A stretch of 64,000 nucleotides of DNA, taken from Coleofasciculus chthonoplastes F2-STO-03 (GTDB lineage Bacteria > Cyanobacteriota > Cyanobacteriia > Cyanobacteriales > Coleofasciculaceae). The DNA is taken from positions 1 through 64,000 of the forward strand of contig JAVJWO010000022.1 in NCBI GenBank assembly GCA_040222015.1, read 5' to 3'. Below are positions 1 through 9,339 of the stretch, piece by piece (position 1 is the first letter of the stretch; each line of letters begins with the position of its first letter). The position numbers and the translations under genes were made by a program. Below the pieces are notes generated by a model. It ran no database searches. It was not told where the DNA came from and saw only the letters and a program-made list of their open reading frames with translations.

Positions 1-61
1 CCTCGGGCGCTCCCGACAACCCCAGACAGGACGACAGCCATGCCCGAGAACCTGCCCCGCA

Positions 62-113
62 ACCCATACCCTACACCCCACACCCCATACCCTACACCCC
101 ATACCCTACACCC
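62..113. repeat. Short tandem heptamer-type repeat (CCCCATA/CCCTACA)
   Basis: Alternating ACCCCAT/ACCCTAC units directly after the stop of the minus-strand CDS. Confidence 0.7.
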
Positions 114-121
114 TTTTGAAC

Positions 122-778
122 CTAATCCCGCCATCGCACCTGTACGAAATGAGCAGGTTGTCCCCAGATATCTGAGGTATCGCTAATATCCTCAACAACC
201 AGATTAAAAGGAATAGCTGTCGTCAGGTAGCGTTGAGCTAGGATACCCATGTCAGGGGCAAGTTGGGTCGCTGTGGCGGTGGCTAGACCTAAACCAATCA
301 GTTGCTCAATCGGACCACGGGGTAGAAGAAGATGGGCACCGAGGGCTAATCCAGCCGTTAACATCATGCCAACAGAGAGATTCGTACCGCAACGAGGATG
401 TACCGCTAAATTCCATTCCCCTTGGGTGAGACGATTCAACGCCAGAGGAACCGCACGTCTCAAATCTGATAAATTCACCTCACCATAGAGGTAAAATCCT
501 TGATCAGTAGATAAACCCCCCAAAGTATCATTATCCATCTCATGCACAGTGGTAGCTGTACCGGCACGACTGCTATCAGGGCGTGACGTATAATTGGCAT
601 TGGCTAAATCAGCCAGAACCCAAACCGTTGCATGTTCAAGAGCATGAACCTGACGCAACATTAACAGTTCTTGTAACCCTGGTACAAAAGGCAGTTGCTT
701 GAGTAAGTCTGTATCTTGGCTGGGATAGGGTGTAGGACCGTTAAAATCCCAAGTCTGAGCAGAAGTCGTATAAGTCAT
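122..778 (-). CDS. Conserved hypothetical protein (DUF6391-like)
   Basis: Motifs RQVHALEHAT, GFYLYG and AVHPRCGTN; start placed at MTYTTS (778) rather than the ORF-track start at 1063. Confidence 0.7.
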   Translation of the reverse strand: MTYTTSAQTWDFNGPTPYPSQDTDLLKQLPFVPGLQELLMLRQVHALEHATVWVLADLANANYTSRPDSSRAGTATTVHEMDNDTLGGLSTDQGFYLYGEVNLSDLRRAVPLALNRLTQGEWNLAVHPRCGTNLSVGMMLTAGLALGAHLLLPRGPIEQLIGLGLATATATQLAPDMGILAQRYLTTAIPFNLVVEDISDTSDIWGQPAHFVQVRWRD

Positions 779-1199
779 GGCAGGATGTATTCTCAAACTC
801 GCCGATATTCTTTTTACTGTAGCGTTGGTTATTGGAGAAGTCAGGAAAAATGTACCATTGCTCCCTCTGCTCCGATAACGACGCGATACAATACCAGGTA
901 AGCATCTAGACACCGTACATCTTATTCGGTGTCTATAACAAAGATTGGTGTCAATACTGCTTGGATAAGACTGATCCCCCCTAGTTCCCGGAGAATAAAA
1001 AGCATAAGCAACATCTGGCTTCCCTGTGTCAAAAAGCGAAGCCTCCTCTGGCTTCTTGATCAAACAAAAACAAACCCTTCTTTAGCTTTCACCTTTTGAA
1101 GAGAAAGGGAAGGGGGATCTATAAGGGAAGAGGGAGATCTGAATTTGACAGATGTGCCATGGCACATCTCTACATAACTTTTGACGTTTGACTTACCTC

Positions 1200-3017
1200 A
1201 TGAGTAATTTTCCAGACTTATCCAGCCACGGTTTCAGGGTTGTTCGAGAATTAGGTCATAATCGTGCCGGTGGGAGAGTCACCTACCTAGCGGTGCCAAT
1301 TCCGCCCCTGACGTCAAAGGGAACGCTGAAAGAACCTGTTGTGATTAAACAGTTTCAGTTTGCCCAACGTGAGGCACATTGGTCAGATTATGACGCCATC
1401 GAACGGGAAATTCAAGTGCTACGCGGCTTGAATCATCCAGGAATTCCCCATTATTTGGATTCGTTTCAAACTGAAACGGGGTTTTGTTTAGTCCAGGATT
1501 ATAAAAAAGCCGCGTCTTTAGCGGTACGGCGTAGTTTTGATCCCGATGAGATTAAGCAAATTGCTGTTTCATTACTCAATATTCTCATTTATTTACAAAA
1601 TCGCATTCCGCCGATTAGTCATCGGGATATTAAACCGGAAAATATTTTGGTCGATGATGAGTTGAATGTCTACCTGGTTGATTTTGGCTTGGCGCATATC
1701 GGCGGGAGTGAAATTGCCATGAGTAGTGTGGCGAAGGGGACGATTGGGTTTATCGCTCCAGAATTGCTGTTTAATCAACAAGTGAGTGAAGCCTCGGATC
1801 TCTATGGCTTAGGCGCAACCCTGATTTGTTTGCTCACGGGTATTGCTTCAACTGATATTAGTCAGTTAATTGATGAAGACTATCGGATTAATTTTAAACA
1901 TCGGGTTCCTCGGCTGAGTTTGCGGTGGATTGAATGGCTGCAAAGGATGGTGGAACTGAAACCGAAAGACCGTTTTCTGGATGCAGCAACGGCGTTGGAT
2001 GCGCTGAACCCGATTTATGTGATTCGAGTGCCGGAGGTAAATCTCAATGTCCCCTGTTTAGAGGTTACGGCGAAGAAATTAGGGGAAAAGATAACTAAAA
2101 AGGTCATTTTAACGAACTCCGTTCCCGATACGGTATTAGAATGTCGGTGGCAAATCGCTCCTCATCTGAGTGATCCTCCTCATACGCCTGATTTTCATGA
2201 ATGGATTTACTTTGAGCAAACTCATTTTGTCAGCAATCAAGTGCTGTGCAAAATTACCGTAGATACGCGCAAGCTGATGGCGAATAAGCTGTATGAACGG
2301 GAGATATTAATTCATAGCAATTCCCATCCGGAAACCCAAAGCTTAACCCTAAAACTGAAGACAGCACCTGTGCCGATTCCAGCGAAGAAATTACCCTATT
2401 TTTCGGTAGGATTATTGATTTTCTTTGCCGCCGCCGCCACCTGGGTGGAAACAATGGCATGGGATGGTATTGTGAGTCATAGTGGCACAGTCGGTGTGGC
2501 GATCGCGATTTTCATTTCGGTGTTAGTGGCGGGATTGGGACTCGTGGCGGCGATTACGTCGGGGTGGATTAGTCAGGGGATGGCAAAGGTGCGATCGCGC
2601 TTTGGGGTCAAGGTGAAAGCCCTAGATACCGTAGCTTCCGTTTTTTTTGCGGGCGTCGCGGCGATACTTGTGGCACGATTTGGCGCTCAATTTCGGGCGA
2701 CGGATATGGCAATTGCGGCATTTGCGGCGGTGGATGCGGTAGTATTTATGGCGGCGTTTGAAGGAGAAGGTGTTGCCCAAAGTTGTGTACAACGGGGGTT
2801 TAGTCAAGGGTTGGCGTTTGGGGTTTCTGTCTTATCCGCCGCCTTGGGAATTAGTTTAGGAATGGCTTTGAAATTAGGGGTAGTTAATGGTATGGTTTTG
2901 GGAGCAATTTTAGGCACAGGTTTTCCTTTAGCTACGTTAATTTTATATCCGCCATTAGATCGGGCAAAACGGATTGCCCGTTATCGCAAATTTGAGCGGA
3001 ATTTAATTAAACCGTAA
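1200..3017 (+). CDS. Ser/Thr protein kinase with central beta-rich domain and C-terminal multi-TM region
   Basis: VIK, HRDIKPEN, DFG and APE motifs; hydrophobic C-terminal third. Confidence 0.9.
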   Translation: MSNFPDLSSHGFRVVRELGHNRAGGRVTYLAVPIPPLTSKGTLKEPVVIKQFQFAQREAHWSDYDAIEREIQVLRGLNHPGIPHYLDSFQTETGFCLVQDYKKAASLAVRRSFDPDEIKQIAVSLLNILIYLQNRIPPISHRDIKPENILVDDELNVYLVDFGLAHIGGSEIAMSSVAKGTIGFIAPELLFNQQVSEASDLYGLGATLICLLTGIASTDISQLIDEDYRINFKHRVPRLSLRWIEWLQRMVELKPKDRFLDAATALDALNPIYVIRVPEVNLNVPCLEVTAKKLGEKITKKVILTNSVPDTVLECRWQIAPHLSDPPHTPDFHEWIYFEQTHFVSNQVLCKITVDTRKLMANKLYEREILIHSNSHPETQSLTLKLKTAPVPIPAKKLPYFSVGLLIFFAAAATWVETMAWDGIVSHSGTVGVAIAIFISVLVAGLGLVAAITSGWISQGMAKVRSRFGVKVKALDTVASVFFAGVAAILVARFGAQFRATDMAIAAFAAVDAVVFMAAFEGEGVAQSCVQRGFSQGLAFGVSVLSAALGISLGMALKLGVVNGMVLGAILGTGFPLATLILYPPLDRAKRIARYRKFERNLIKP

Positions 3018-3035
3018 TCATAAGGCTGATGAATC

Positions 3036-3098
3036 AGGGCGGGTTTTGTTGTTTATTTATGGGTGACAAGTAGTTTTAGTCGCTAAACCCGCCCCTAC
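3036..3098. repeat. REP-like palindromic repeat (GGGCGGGTTT...AAACCCGCCC family)
   Basis: Inverted arms; related copies near 6909-6971, 17106-17166, 25227-25285, 50597-50661 and 53845-53905. Confidence 0.75.
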
Positions 3099-3250
3099 CA
3101 TTGTTCCTAAATCCGCTCCTACCATTGCCGTGGCACGTCTTGACAGATTCCTATTGAAATACTAATGAAATTTGACCAATTATTCGCGATTTATTGAGGG
3201 AAATTAATCCCTCTGAGGTTAGACAAATGACATAAGACAAATAACAAACC

Positions 3251-4579
3251 ATGAACGATTTCCAGATATTAAAACGCATTTTTAATGCCTTTGACCCCTT
3301 TAGCCCCTTACCCCCTGGTGATCCAACTTACGTGGATTGTGAAGAGGTGCGGGGCGATTGTGATATCTTAATTGAACTTGGGCGATCGATTTTATTATCA
3401 GATAGAGTTACCTGTAATCTCTATGCGGGACATCGGGGGGCGGGAAAATCAACAGAATTGCTGCGGCTTAAAGCTGACTTAGAACAGCAGAAGTATTATG
3501 TTGTCTATTTTGCGGCAGATGATGAAGATATTGACCCAGAAGATGCCCAGTATACCGATATTTTACTGGCGTGTACGCGGCGGTTATTAGAAGGGTTGAA
3601 AGATAGTGCAAAACCTGACCCCTTATTGAATTGGCTGAAATATCGCTGGGATTCATTAAAATACTTGGCGCTAACTGAGGTTAAATTTGAGAGTTTAAGT
3701 CTGGAATCGCAGATGTTACAATTTGCCAAATTAACTGCCAATTTAAGAGCGGTTCCCAGTACCCGGCAAAAGATTCGAGAACAGGTGGATGCGAATACTG
3801 TATCCTTGATTGAGGCACTAAATGAGTTTATCACTGATGCCAAGCACAATTTACCCTTGGGCTGTTCCGAATTAGTCGTGATTGCCGATAACTTGGATCG
3901 GATTGTGCCAATTTATGAACCCAATGGGAAACGCAGTAATCATGATGAGATTTTTATTGACCGTTGTGAACAACTGAGTAAATTAAATTGTCATACCATT
4001 TATACTGTGCCGATTTCCATGGTTTATTCAGATCGGGGAACTGTGTTAGAAGATCGGTACAGTAAAGCACAAGTTTTACCGATGATCATGGTACGCCAAC
4101 CCACAGGCGAAACCTATACCAAAGGGATTGACAAGTTAAAGGAACTCATTGATAAACGCATTCGCCATAGTGTCCCTGATTTAACCTTGGAACAAGTGTT
4201 TGAGGATACCAATACCGTCGAACAAATCTGTTTAATTAGTGGCGGTCATGTGCGAAATTTAATGCTATTAATGAAAACCAGTTTACAGCGCAGTCCTCGT
4301 TTACCCATCGCCAAAAAAGCCGTGCGTCGGGCAATTACTGAGTTACGGGAAACCTATCGCACAGCGGTGAATGAACCCGAATGGATGATGTTGGCACAGG
4401 TTGCCAAAACTAAACAGATGCCGAATCAAGATGAATATCGAAAGCTGTTATTTAATCGCTGTATTTTAGAGTATCGTTATTTAGATGAAGGCGGAGAAAT
4501 TAAAGTTTGGCATGATGTCCACCCCTTAATTCATGGGATTGAGCGTTTTCAATCAGCATTGAAGTCACATAACCCGTAG
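3251..4579 (+). CDS. P-loop (AAA/STAND-like) ATPase
   Basis: Walker A GHRGAGKSTEL, Walker B VVIADNLDR, SGGHVR, C-terminal WHDVHP. Confidence 0.85.
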   Translation: MNDFQILKRIFNAFDPFSPLPPGDPTYVDCEEVRGDCDILIELGRSILLSDRVTCNLYAGHRGAGKSTELLRLKADLEQQKYYVVYFAADDEDIDPEDAQYTDILLACTRRLLEGLKDSAKPDPLLNWLKYRWDSLKYLALTEVKFESLSLESQMLQFAKLTANLRAVPSTRQKIREQVDANTVSLIEALNEFITDAKHNLPLGCSELVVIADNLDRIVPIYEPNGKRSNHDEIFIDRCEQLSKLNCHTIYTVPISMVYSDRGTVLEDRYSKAQVLPMIMVRQPTGETYTKGIDKLKELIDKRIRHSVPDLTLEQVFEDTNTVEQICLISGGHVRNLMLLMKTSLQRSPRLPIAKKAVRRAITELRETYRTAVNEPEWMMLAQVAKTKQMPNQDEYRKLLFNRCILEYRYLDEGGEIKVWHDVHPLIHGIERFQSALKSHNP

Positions 4580-4809
4580 GGTGGGTTAGGCGGAATTTAA
4601 TTAGCATGATAATCCTTTAATGAACTATCCGCCGTAACCCACCGATATAAATTCTGGGTTCATTTTGACCGAACAGAAGATAAAGCTGGATAGGTTATCG
4701 CGTAAAAACACCTTAGCCAGTAGCCAGTAGGGTGGGCATTGCCCACCTGATATATTAGTAAAATAGTGGCATAAACTTGACAATTAAACTGGGCGCACGT
4801 CAGTCTTAT

Positions 4810-5312
4810 GTGTCAACTTAAGGTCAAAACACGACTGGCAAGCTTTTCACCCTCATCCCCTAACCCCTTCTCCCATCGAGGGAGAAGGGGAATAAAGAAG
4901 CTTCTGGCATCACATCGAGAAATACCTTCCTTCTTGCTCCCCTCTCCCGTGCCAAAAAAGCGAAACATCCTCTCTCCTCCCCCATGCAACAAAAGCGAAG
5001 CATCCTCTCTCCTCCCCCATGCAACAAAAGTGAAACATCCTCTCTCCTCCCCCATGCAACAAAAGCGAAGCATCCTCTGTCCTCCCCCATGCAACAAAAG
5101 TGAAACATCCTCTCTCCTCCCCCATGCAACAAAAGCGAAGCATCCTCTGTCCTCCCCCGTGCAACAAAAGTGAAACATCCTCTCTCCTCCCCCATGCAAC
5201 AAAAGCGAAGCATCCTCTGTCCTCCCCCCTCTTGTAGGGGGGAACGAGGGGGGTAGGGGGGAACGAGGGGGGTAGAGGGGCTGGGGGTGAGGGGTTGAGC
5301 TTAATTTGACAC
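4810..5312. mobile_element. MITE-like element with terminal inverted repeats, nested in a GGGCGCAC...GTGCGCCC palindrome
   Basis: GTGTCAACTTAAG (4810-4822) and CTTAATTTGACAC (5300-5312); the same left-end sequence recurs near 26970. Confidence 0.6.
4956..5229. repeat. 35-bp tandem repeat, about 8 units, alternating A/B variants
   Basis: AAAAGCGAAGCATCCTCT(C/G)TCCTCCCCCATGCAAC alternates with AAAAGTGAAACATCCTCTCTCCTCCCCCATGCAAC; no spacers. Confidence 0.95.
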
Positions 5313-5369
5313 CAATGCACGTCGGTGCGCCCCTACAGTTTCTGAACAGAATAAATCAGTATCACAGCA

Positions 5370-6422
5370 ATGATCCGAAACCTGACCGAATGGGATGAAG
5401 ACGACAAGGGCGACGCCGAGGATGAATATGAAGCCCTACGGCGTTCTTTGAGTTGGACAGAAGGGTTTGGTTTGCTATTTGTTGATTGTACTCCCGCCAC
5501 CGCCGAGAAATTAATTAAGGATGTTCGGAAAGATTTACCGCAAAAAAGAATCGAGGTTTTATGTCTCACTGAACCAATTGAGAATCTCTACACCAAAATC
5601 GCCGCCTTACCGAATCGGGATAGTATCGACATCTTATTTGTTCAAGGGTTAGAATATTCGATTTATGACTATGAAAAGACAATCAAAGATAATACAGAAC
5701 GTCGCAACTATTCCTTGTTTTTCGTACCGCGTTTATTGGGACATCTGAACCTACAGCGAGAATCATTTCGCGACCATTTTAATATTTGTTTTGTCTTTCT
5801 CTTACCCAAATTTGCCCTCACCTATTTCAACCGCCGCGCCCCTGACTTCTTTGACTGGCGTTCTGGCTTGTTTAAATTAGAGCCTCAAGGGGAGTTTGCT
5901 TTAGCCGAATTATCTCAAGGGGAAGATGAGTTTTGGTTGAATCAAGGATATCAGCAAGCTATGGCTGGGGATTTGGTAGACGCAATTGTTTGCTGGGAAA
6001 AAGCGTTAGATATTGCCCCCGATTCTCACGCCGCCTGGTACAACCGGGGTTTAGCCCTAGATGAGTTAGGACGATTAGAGGAAGCGATCGCTAGCTACGA
6101 TAAAGCCTTACAAATTAAACCTGATAAACATGAAGCCTGGAACAACCGGGGTTTTGCCCTAATAAAATTAGGACGATTTGAGGAAGCGATCGCTAGCTAC
6201 GATAATGCCTTACAAATTCAACCGGATGACACGACTAGCATTTACAATAAAGCTTGCTGTTTGGCACTGCAAAACAAAATTGCTATAGCTTTAGAAAACC
6301 TGCAACAAGCCATCGCGCTGAATTCTGATGAATACCGAGAGATGGCAAAAACGGATTCAGATTTTGATAACCTTCGTCACGATCCGCGATTTCAAGCGTT
6401 GATTCAAGAGGATAGGGAATAA
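5370..6422 (+). CDS. TPR-repeat protein with N-terminal degenerate P-loop-like domain
   Basis: TPR units AWYNRGLAL..LGR.EEAIASYDKAL; N-terminal LNLQRE...APDFFDWRSGLF motif. Confidence 0.85.
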   Translation: MIRNLTEWDEDDKGDAEDEYEALRRSLSWTEGFGLLFVDCTPATAEKLIKDVRKDLPQKRIEVLCLTEPIENLYTKIAALPNRDSIDILFVQGLEYSIYDYEKTIKDNTERRNYSLFFVPRLLGHLNLQRESFRDHFNICFVFLLPKFALTYFNRRAPDFFDWRSGLFKLEPQGEFALAELSQGEDEFWLNQGYQQAMAGDLVDAIVCWEKALDIAPDSHAAWYNRGLALDELGRLEEAIASYDKALQIKPDKHEAWNNRGFALIKLGRFEEAIASYDNALQIQPDDTTSIYNKACCLALQNKIAIALENLQQAIALNSDEYREMAKTDSDFDNLRHDPRFQALIQEDRE

Positions 6423-6486
6423 CGTTATCAGTTATTCAGTCATCAAAGAGTTTATCAGCCTCTCGTCCTGTGGTACACCGAATTTT

Positions 6487-6575
6487 AGGACTTACGCAAA
6501 GCCTCTATGTGTAGGGTGTGTTAGCGAAGCGTAACGCACCTTTGCCCCCATCTGTGGTGTAACTGCGTAAGTCCT
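6487..6575. mobile_element. Small MITE-like inverted-repeat element
   Basis: Perfect 12-bp terminal IRs AGGACTTACGCA / TGCGTAAGTCCT enclosing a GGTG(T)GTTAGCGAAGCGTAACGCACC palindrome. Confidence 0.6.
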
Positions 6576-6666
6576 GAATTTGATAGATTAGCTTTAGGCA
6601 TAGGAAAATCATCGGATCAGGGGCTAAAGCCCCGACTACGAACGAACCCCAAAGGAGAACCACGCT

Positions 6667-6897
6667 ATGGCAATCTTACAACTCCAAGATGGTACAACCT
6701 ACACCCAACTCAACGATATTACCCAGGAATTAGCCGCCCTGAATGTAAAACTGAATCATTGGTCAGTTGGCGATAATTCAGAAATTCGTCGCCTGTTGGC
6801 GCAAGACTCTTTAACTGATGAAGAAAAGGCACAAATCACCACAACAGAAGGTTGGGTTCCGGAATATACGGGGACGGAAATTAATTTTGAGGCATAA
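6667..6897 (+). pseudogene. Acireductone dioxygenase/cupin-like gene with in-frame internal deletion
   Basis: N-terminus (MAILQLQDGTTY...LNHW...LTDEEK) joined directly to C-terminus (TTTEGWVPEYTGTEI); no metal-binding HxHxxxE cupin core. Confidence 0.7.
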
Positions 6898-7033
6898 ATT
6901 TAGCCACGGTAGGGGCGGGTTTAGGAACTAACACGACTTGTCACCCATAAATAAACAACAAAACCCGCCCTATCTCACCTGAACAACAAAACCCACCCTC
7001 CGCCCTAATTTGATTTTCATTATCATTGAATAA

Positions 7034-7095
7034 AGGGCGACCCAATTCACTTGAATGGATACAAGTGTTACTTTGTGCAAGCGGGTCGCCCCTAC
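7034..7095. repeat. AGGGCGACCC...GGGTCGCCCCTACA palindromic repeat
   Basis: Second copy at about 36191-36254. Confidence 0.7.
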
Positions 7096-7154
7096 ACAAG
7101 ATTCAACTGTAACCTGATTTTTACCAACAAAACCTATCTTTCGTCTTAATTAAT

Positions 7155-7814
7155 TCAAGACATCGTTAAAAACCATTTAATTCCAGCTATCACGCCCAGA
7201 TGAACCGGATAAAATAAGTAAAACCATCGCGTTTTTATTCCCACTTCGCCATTGTGTAGGCAAATAAATAAGGGCGCAATAATGCCAGCCAATTCAACAA
7301 CACTCCCTCCAAGGGCGACGTAGAGGATATGCGGTACTATATAAACCAACCACCATTTTAAATTAAACTCTCCCGGATTAAATTTTGACATTAAATAGAC
7401 GATTGGCAATGTAAAGAATCCTGCCTCGAAACGAGCAACTATGGCAATCGTGGTAAACAATAAAACGATCGCAGCCTTTAGCAGACCATTATTAACCTGT
7501 TTAGCGAGTCGAATCGTTATCACGCCAGCCGCCAGCACAAACAAGATATTCAGGGGAGGCGTTCCTGAGAAAATTAAGGAATAAACATGAGAATAAATCG
7601 GTTGTGAAATAACTCCCAGCAGGATTAGCCTAAAGACATAGTTCCAAATATTTGACGTATAGTTTTCTCCTTGTGCCGCTAGCCAAGCAAACAGGGGAAA
7701 GCTTAACCGTCCGAGAGCAACCATAATCGTTGCTTCTGGGAAAAATACCCGTCCAATATGATCGATTAGCATCAGCAGACAGGCGATTAATTTAAGGTGA
7801 AATGAGTTCAGCAA
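7155..7814 (-). CDS. TraX-family membrane acyltransferase-like protein
   Basis: LKLIA..LMLIDH, GRLSFPLFA and FYLFYPVHL motifs. Confidence 0.85.
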   Translation of the reverse strand: MLNSFHLKLIACLLMLIDHIGRVFFPEATIMVALGRLSFPLFAWLAAQGENYTSNIWNYVFRLILLGVISQPIYSHVYSLIFSGTPPLNILFVLAAGVITIRLAKQVNNGLLKAAIVLLFTTIAIVARFEAGFFTLPIVYLMSKFNPGEFNLKWWLVYIVPHILYVALGGSVVELAGIIAPLFICLHNGEVGIKTRWFYLFYPVHLGVIAGIKWFLTMS

Positions 7815-7961
7815 TTTTATTAAAGGGAACAGGGAACGGGGAACAGGGAACAGGTAATATCTTATTCAGCAAGCCCTAAGTAAAGGTGCGTTACGCTTCG
7901 CTAACGCACCCTACAATTGGGGGCGAGATTGTTACTATTAAATCGGGCTTAAGGCAATCGA

Positions 7962-8648
7962 TTAAAATTCAATTCCCGGTTGCGCTTTAACATTTTGCTC
8001 CCGCAACGGATGCTTCACCAGTGTCATTTCGGTGACTAAATCTGCCTGTTCAATTAATGCTTTCGGTGCGCCTCGTCCGGTTAAAATAACGTGAGACAGG
8101 GTGGGCTTTTCTGCTAACCCGGCTAATACCTGCTCAACATTCAAATATCCCAGTTTTAACGCCACATTCACTTCATCCAATAGCACCAAGCGAAACTCTG
8201 GGTTGCGGATAAACTCCAGCGCCTTTTCCCAAGCGGCTTCGGCTTTGCTGATATCTCGTTCCCGATCTTGGGTTTCCCAGGTAAACCCCTCACCCATCGC
8301 ATGAAATTCTAACTGAGGTGTCTCCCCATTGGTGGGTTCTGTCCACGGCGCAAACGCCGCCTTCTCTGCGGGTTCCCAGGCGCCCTTGATGAACTGGACG
8401 ATCGCAACTCGATACCCATGACCGAGCGATCGCAAAACCATCCCTAGGGCGGCTGTCGTCTTCCCTTTGCCATTCCCCGTGTTTACAATAATTAACCCTT
8501 TTTCGCTTGACGCTTGAGCCAGACGTTGTTCCTGAACCTGCTTGCGTCGCTGCATTTTCCGGCGGTATTGCTCTGAGGTTAACCCAGAAGCATTCTCAGA
8601 TTTGTCAAATTCGCTGGATTCCCCGTAGGAACTGGTTTTCATCGCCAA
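7962..8648 (-). CDS. cobO: Cob(I)yrinic acid a,c-diamide adenosyltransferase
   Basis: GNGKGKTTAALG, VQFIKG, LLDE, ILTGR and QPGIEF motifs. Confidence 0.95.
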   Translation of the reverse strand: MAMKTSSYGESSEFDKSENASGLTSEQYRRKMQRRKQVQEQRLAQASSEKGLIIVNTGNGKGKTTAALGMVLRSLGHGYRVAIVQFIKGAWEPAEKAAFAPWTEPTNGETPQLEFHAMGEGFTWETQDRERDISKAEAAWEKALEFIRNPEFRLVLLDEVNVALKLGYLNVEQVLAGLAEKPTLSHVILTGRGAPKALIEQADLVTEMTLVKHPLREQNVKAQPGIEF

Positions 8649-8781
8649 TTACTCAAGACTTATGACAAAAAATTTATAACTAACTGTAACAGTTCTTGAC
8701 AAAGTGACAAAATAAACCGGAACAGAATGATAGCATTCCCTAAATGCCCTATTTTCTTATACACGATTGAGAGAGACAGTT

Positions 8782-9252
8782 ATGGCAGAAGAAGAAACCA
8801 TGCAGGAACAGGCTCCAGAAGCAGGACAGCCGACTCTATCTGGCAAACCGCCCCTCTTTGGCGGTAGCACCGGCGGCTTGCTGACGAAAGCCCAAGTGGA
8901 AGAAAAATATGCAATCACTTGGACTAGCTCTAAAAAGCAAGTCTTTGAAATGCCCACGGGTGGTGCAGCAATCATGAATGAAGGGGAAAACCTGCTGTAT
9001 CTGGCTCGCAAGGAGCAATGTCTGGCGTTGGGAACCCAGTTGCGGACGCAATTTAAGCCCAAAATGGAAGACTACAAGATCTACCGGATTTATCCGAGTG
9101 GTGAAATCCAGTATCTGCACCCCGCAGATGGAGTCTTCCCAGAGAAAGTTAACGAAGGGCGTCCCTTTGTCGGTAAAATTGACCGCAAGATCGGTAATAA
9201 TCCCGAACCTGTTACCCTCAAGTTCAGCGGTAAGGCGACTTACGAAGTCTAG
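8782..9252 (+). CDS. psaD: Photosystem I reaction centre subunit II
   Basis: [27 protein letters not shown] and [14 protein letters not shown] motifs. Confidence 0.98.
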   Translation: MAEEETMQEQAPEAGQPTLSGKPPLFGGSTGGLLTKAQVEEKYAITWTSSKKQVFEMPTGGAAIMNEGENLLYLARKEQCLALGTQLRTQFKPKMEDYKIYRIYPSGEIQYLHPADGVFPEKVNEGRPFVGKIDRKIGNNPEPVTLKFSGKATYEV

Positions 9253-9275
9253 TTTGGCTGAACCGTGATCAAGAT

Positions 9276-9303
9276 GTAGAGACGTAGCATGCTACGTCTC
9301 TAC
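9276..9303. repeat. GTAGAGACG...CGTCTCTAC short palindromic repeat
   Basis: Related copies near 1150, 21670, 25200, 54796, 57288, 57431 and 61366. Confidence 0.75.
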
Positions 9304-9339
9304 TCATCTCCCCCATCATTGATACAACAATTGAAGCCT

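Noticed and set aside
779..1063. N-terminal extension of the 313-aa ORF
   Set aside because: Non-ATG start inside repeat-like DNA; family-like sequence starts at MTYTTS
4956..5229. CRISPR array (35-bp repeats ending GCAAC)
   Set aside because: Units are head-to-tail with no unique spacers, and no cas genes are in the window
4808..5320. Four overlapping ORFs of 117-136 aa
   Set aside because: They are translations of the tandem repeat in several frames
7155..7814. Conjugative element suggested by TraX
   Set aside because: No other tra, relaxase or integrase genes; stand-alone TraX-family genes are common on chromosomes
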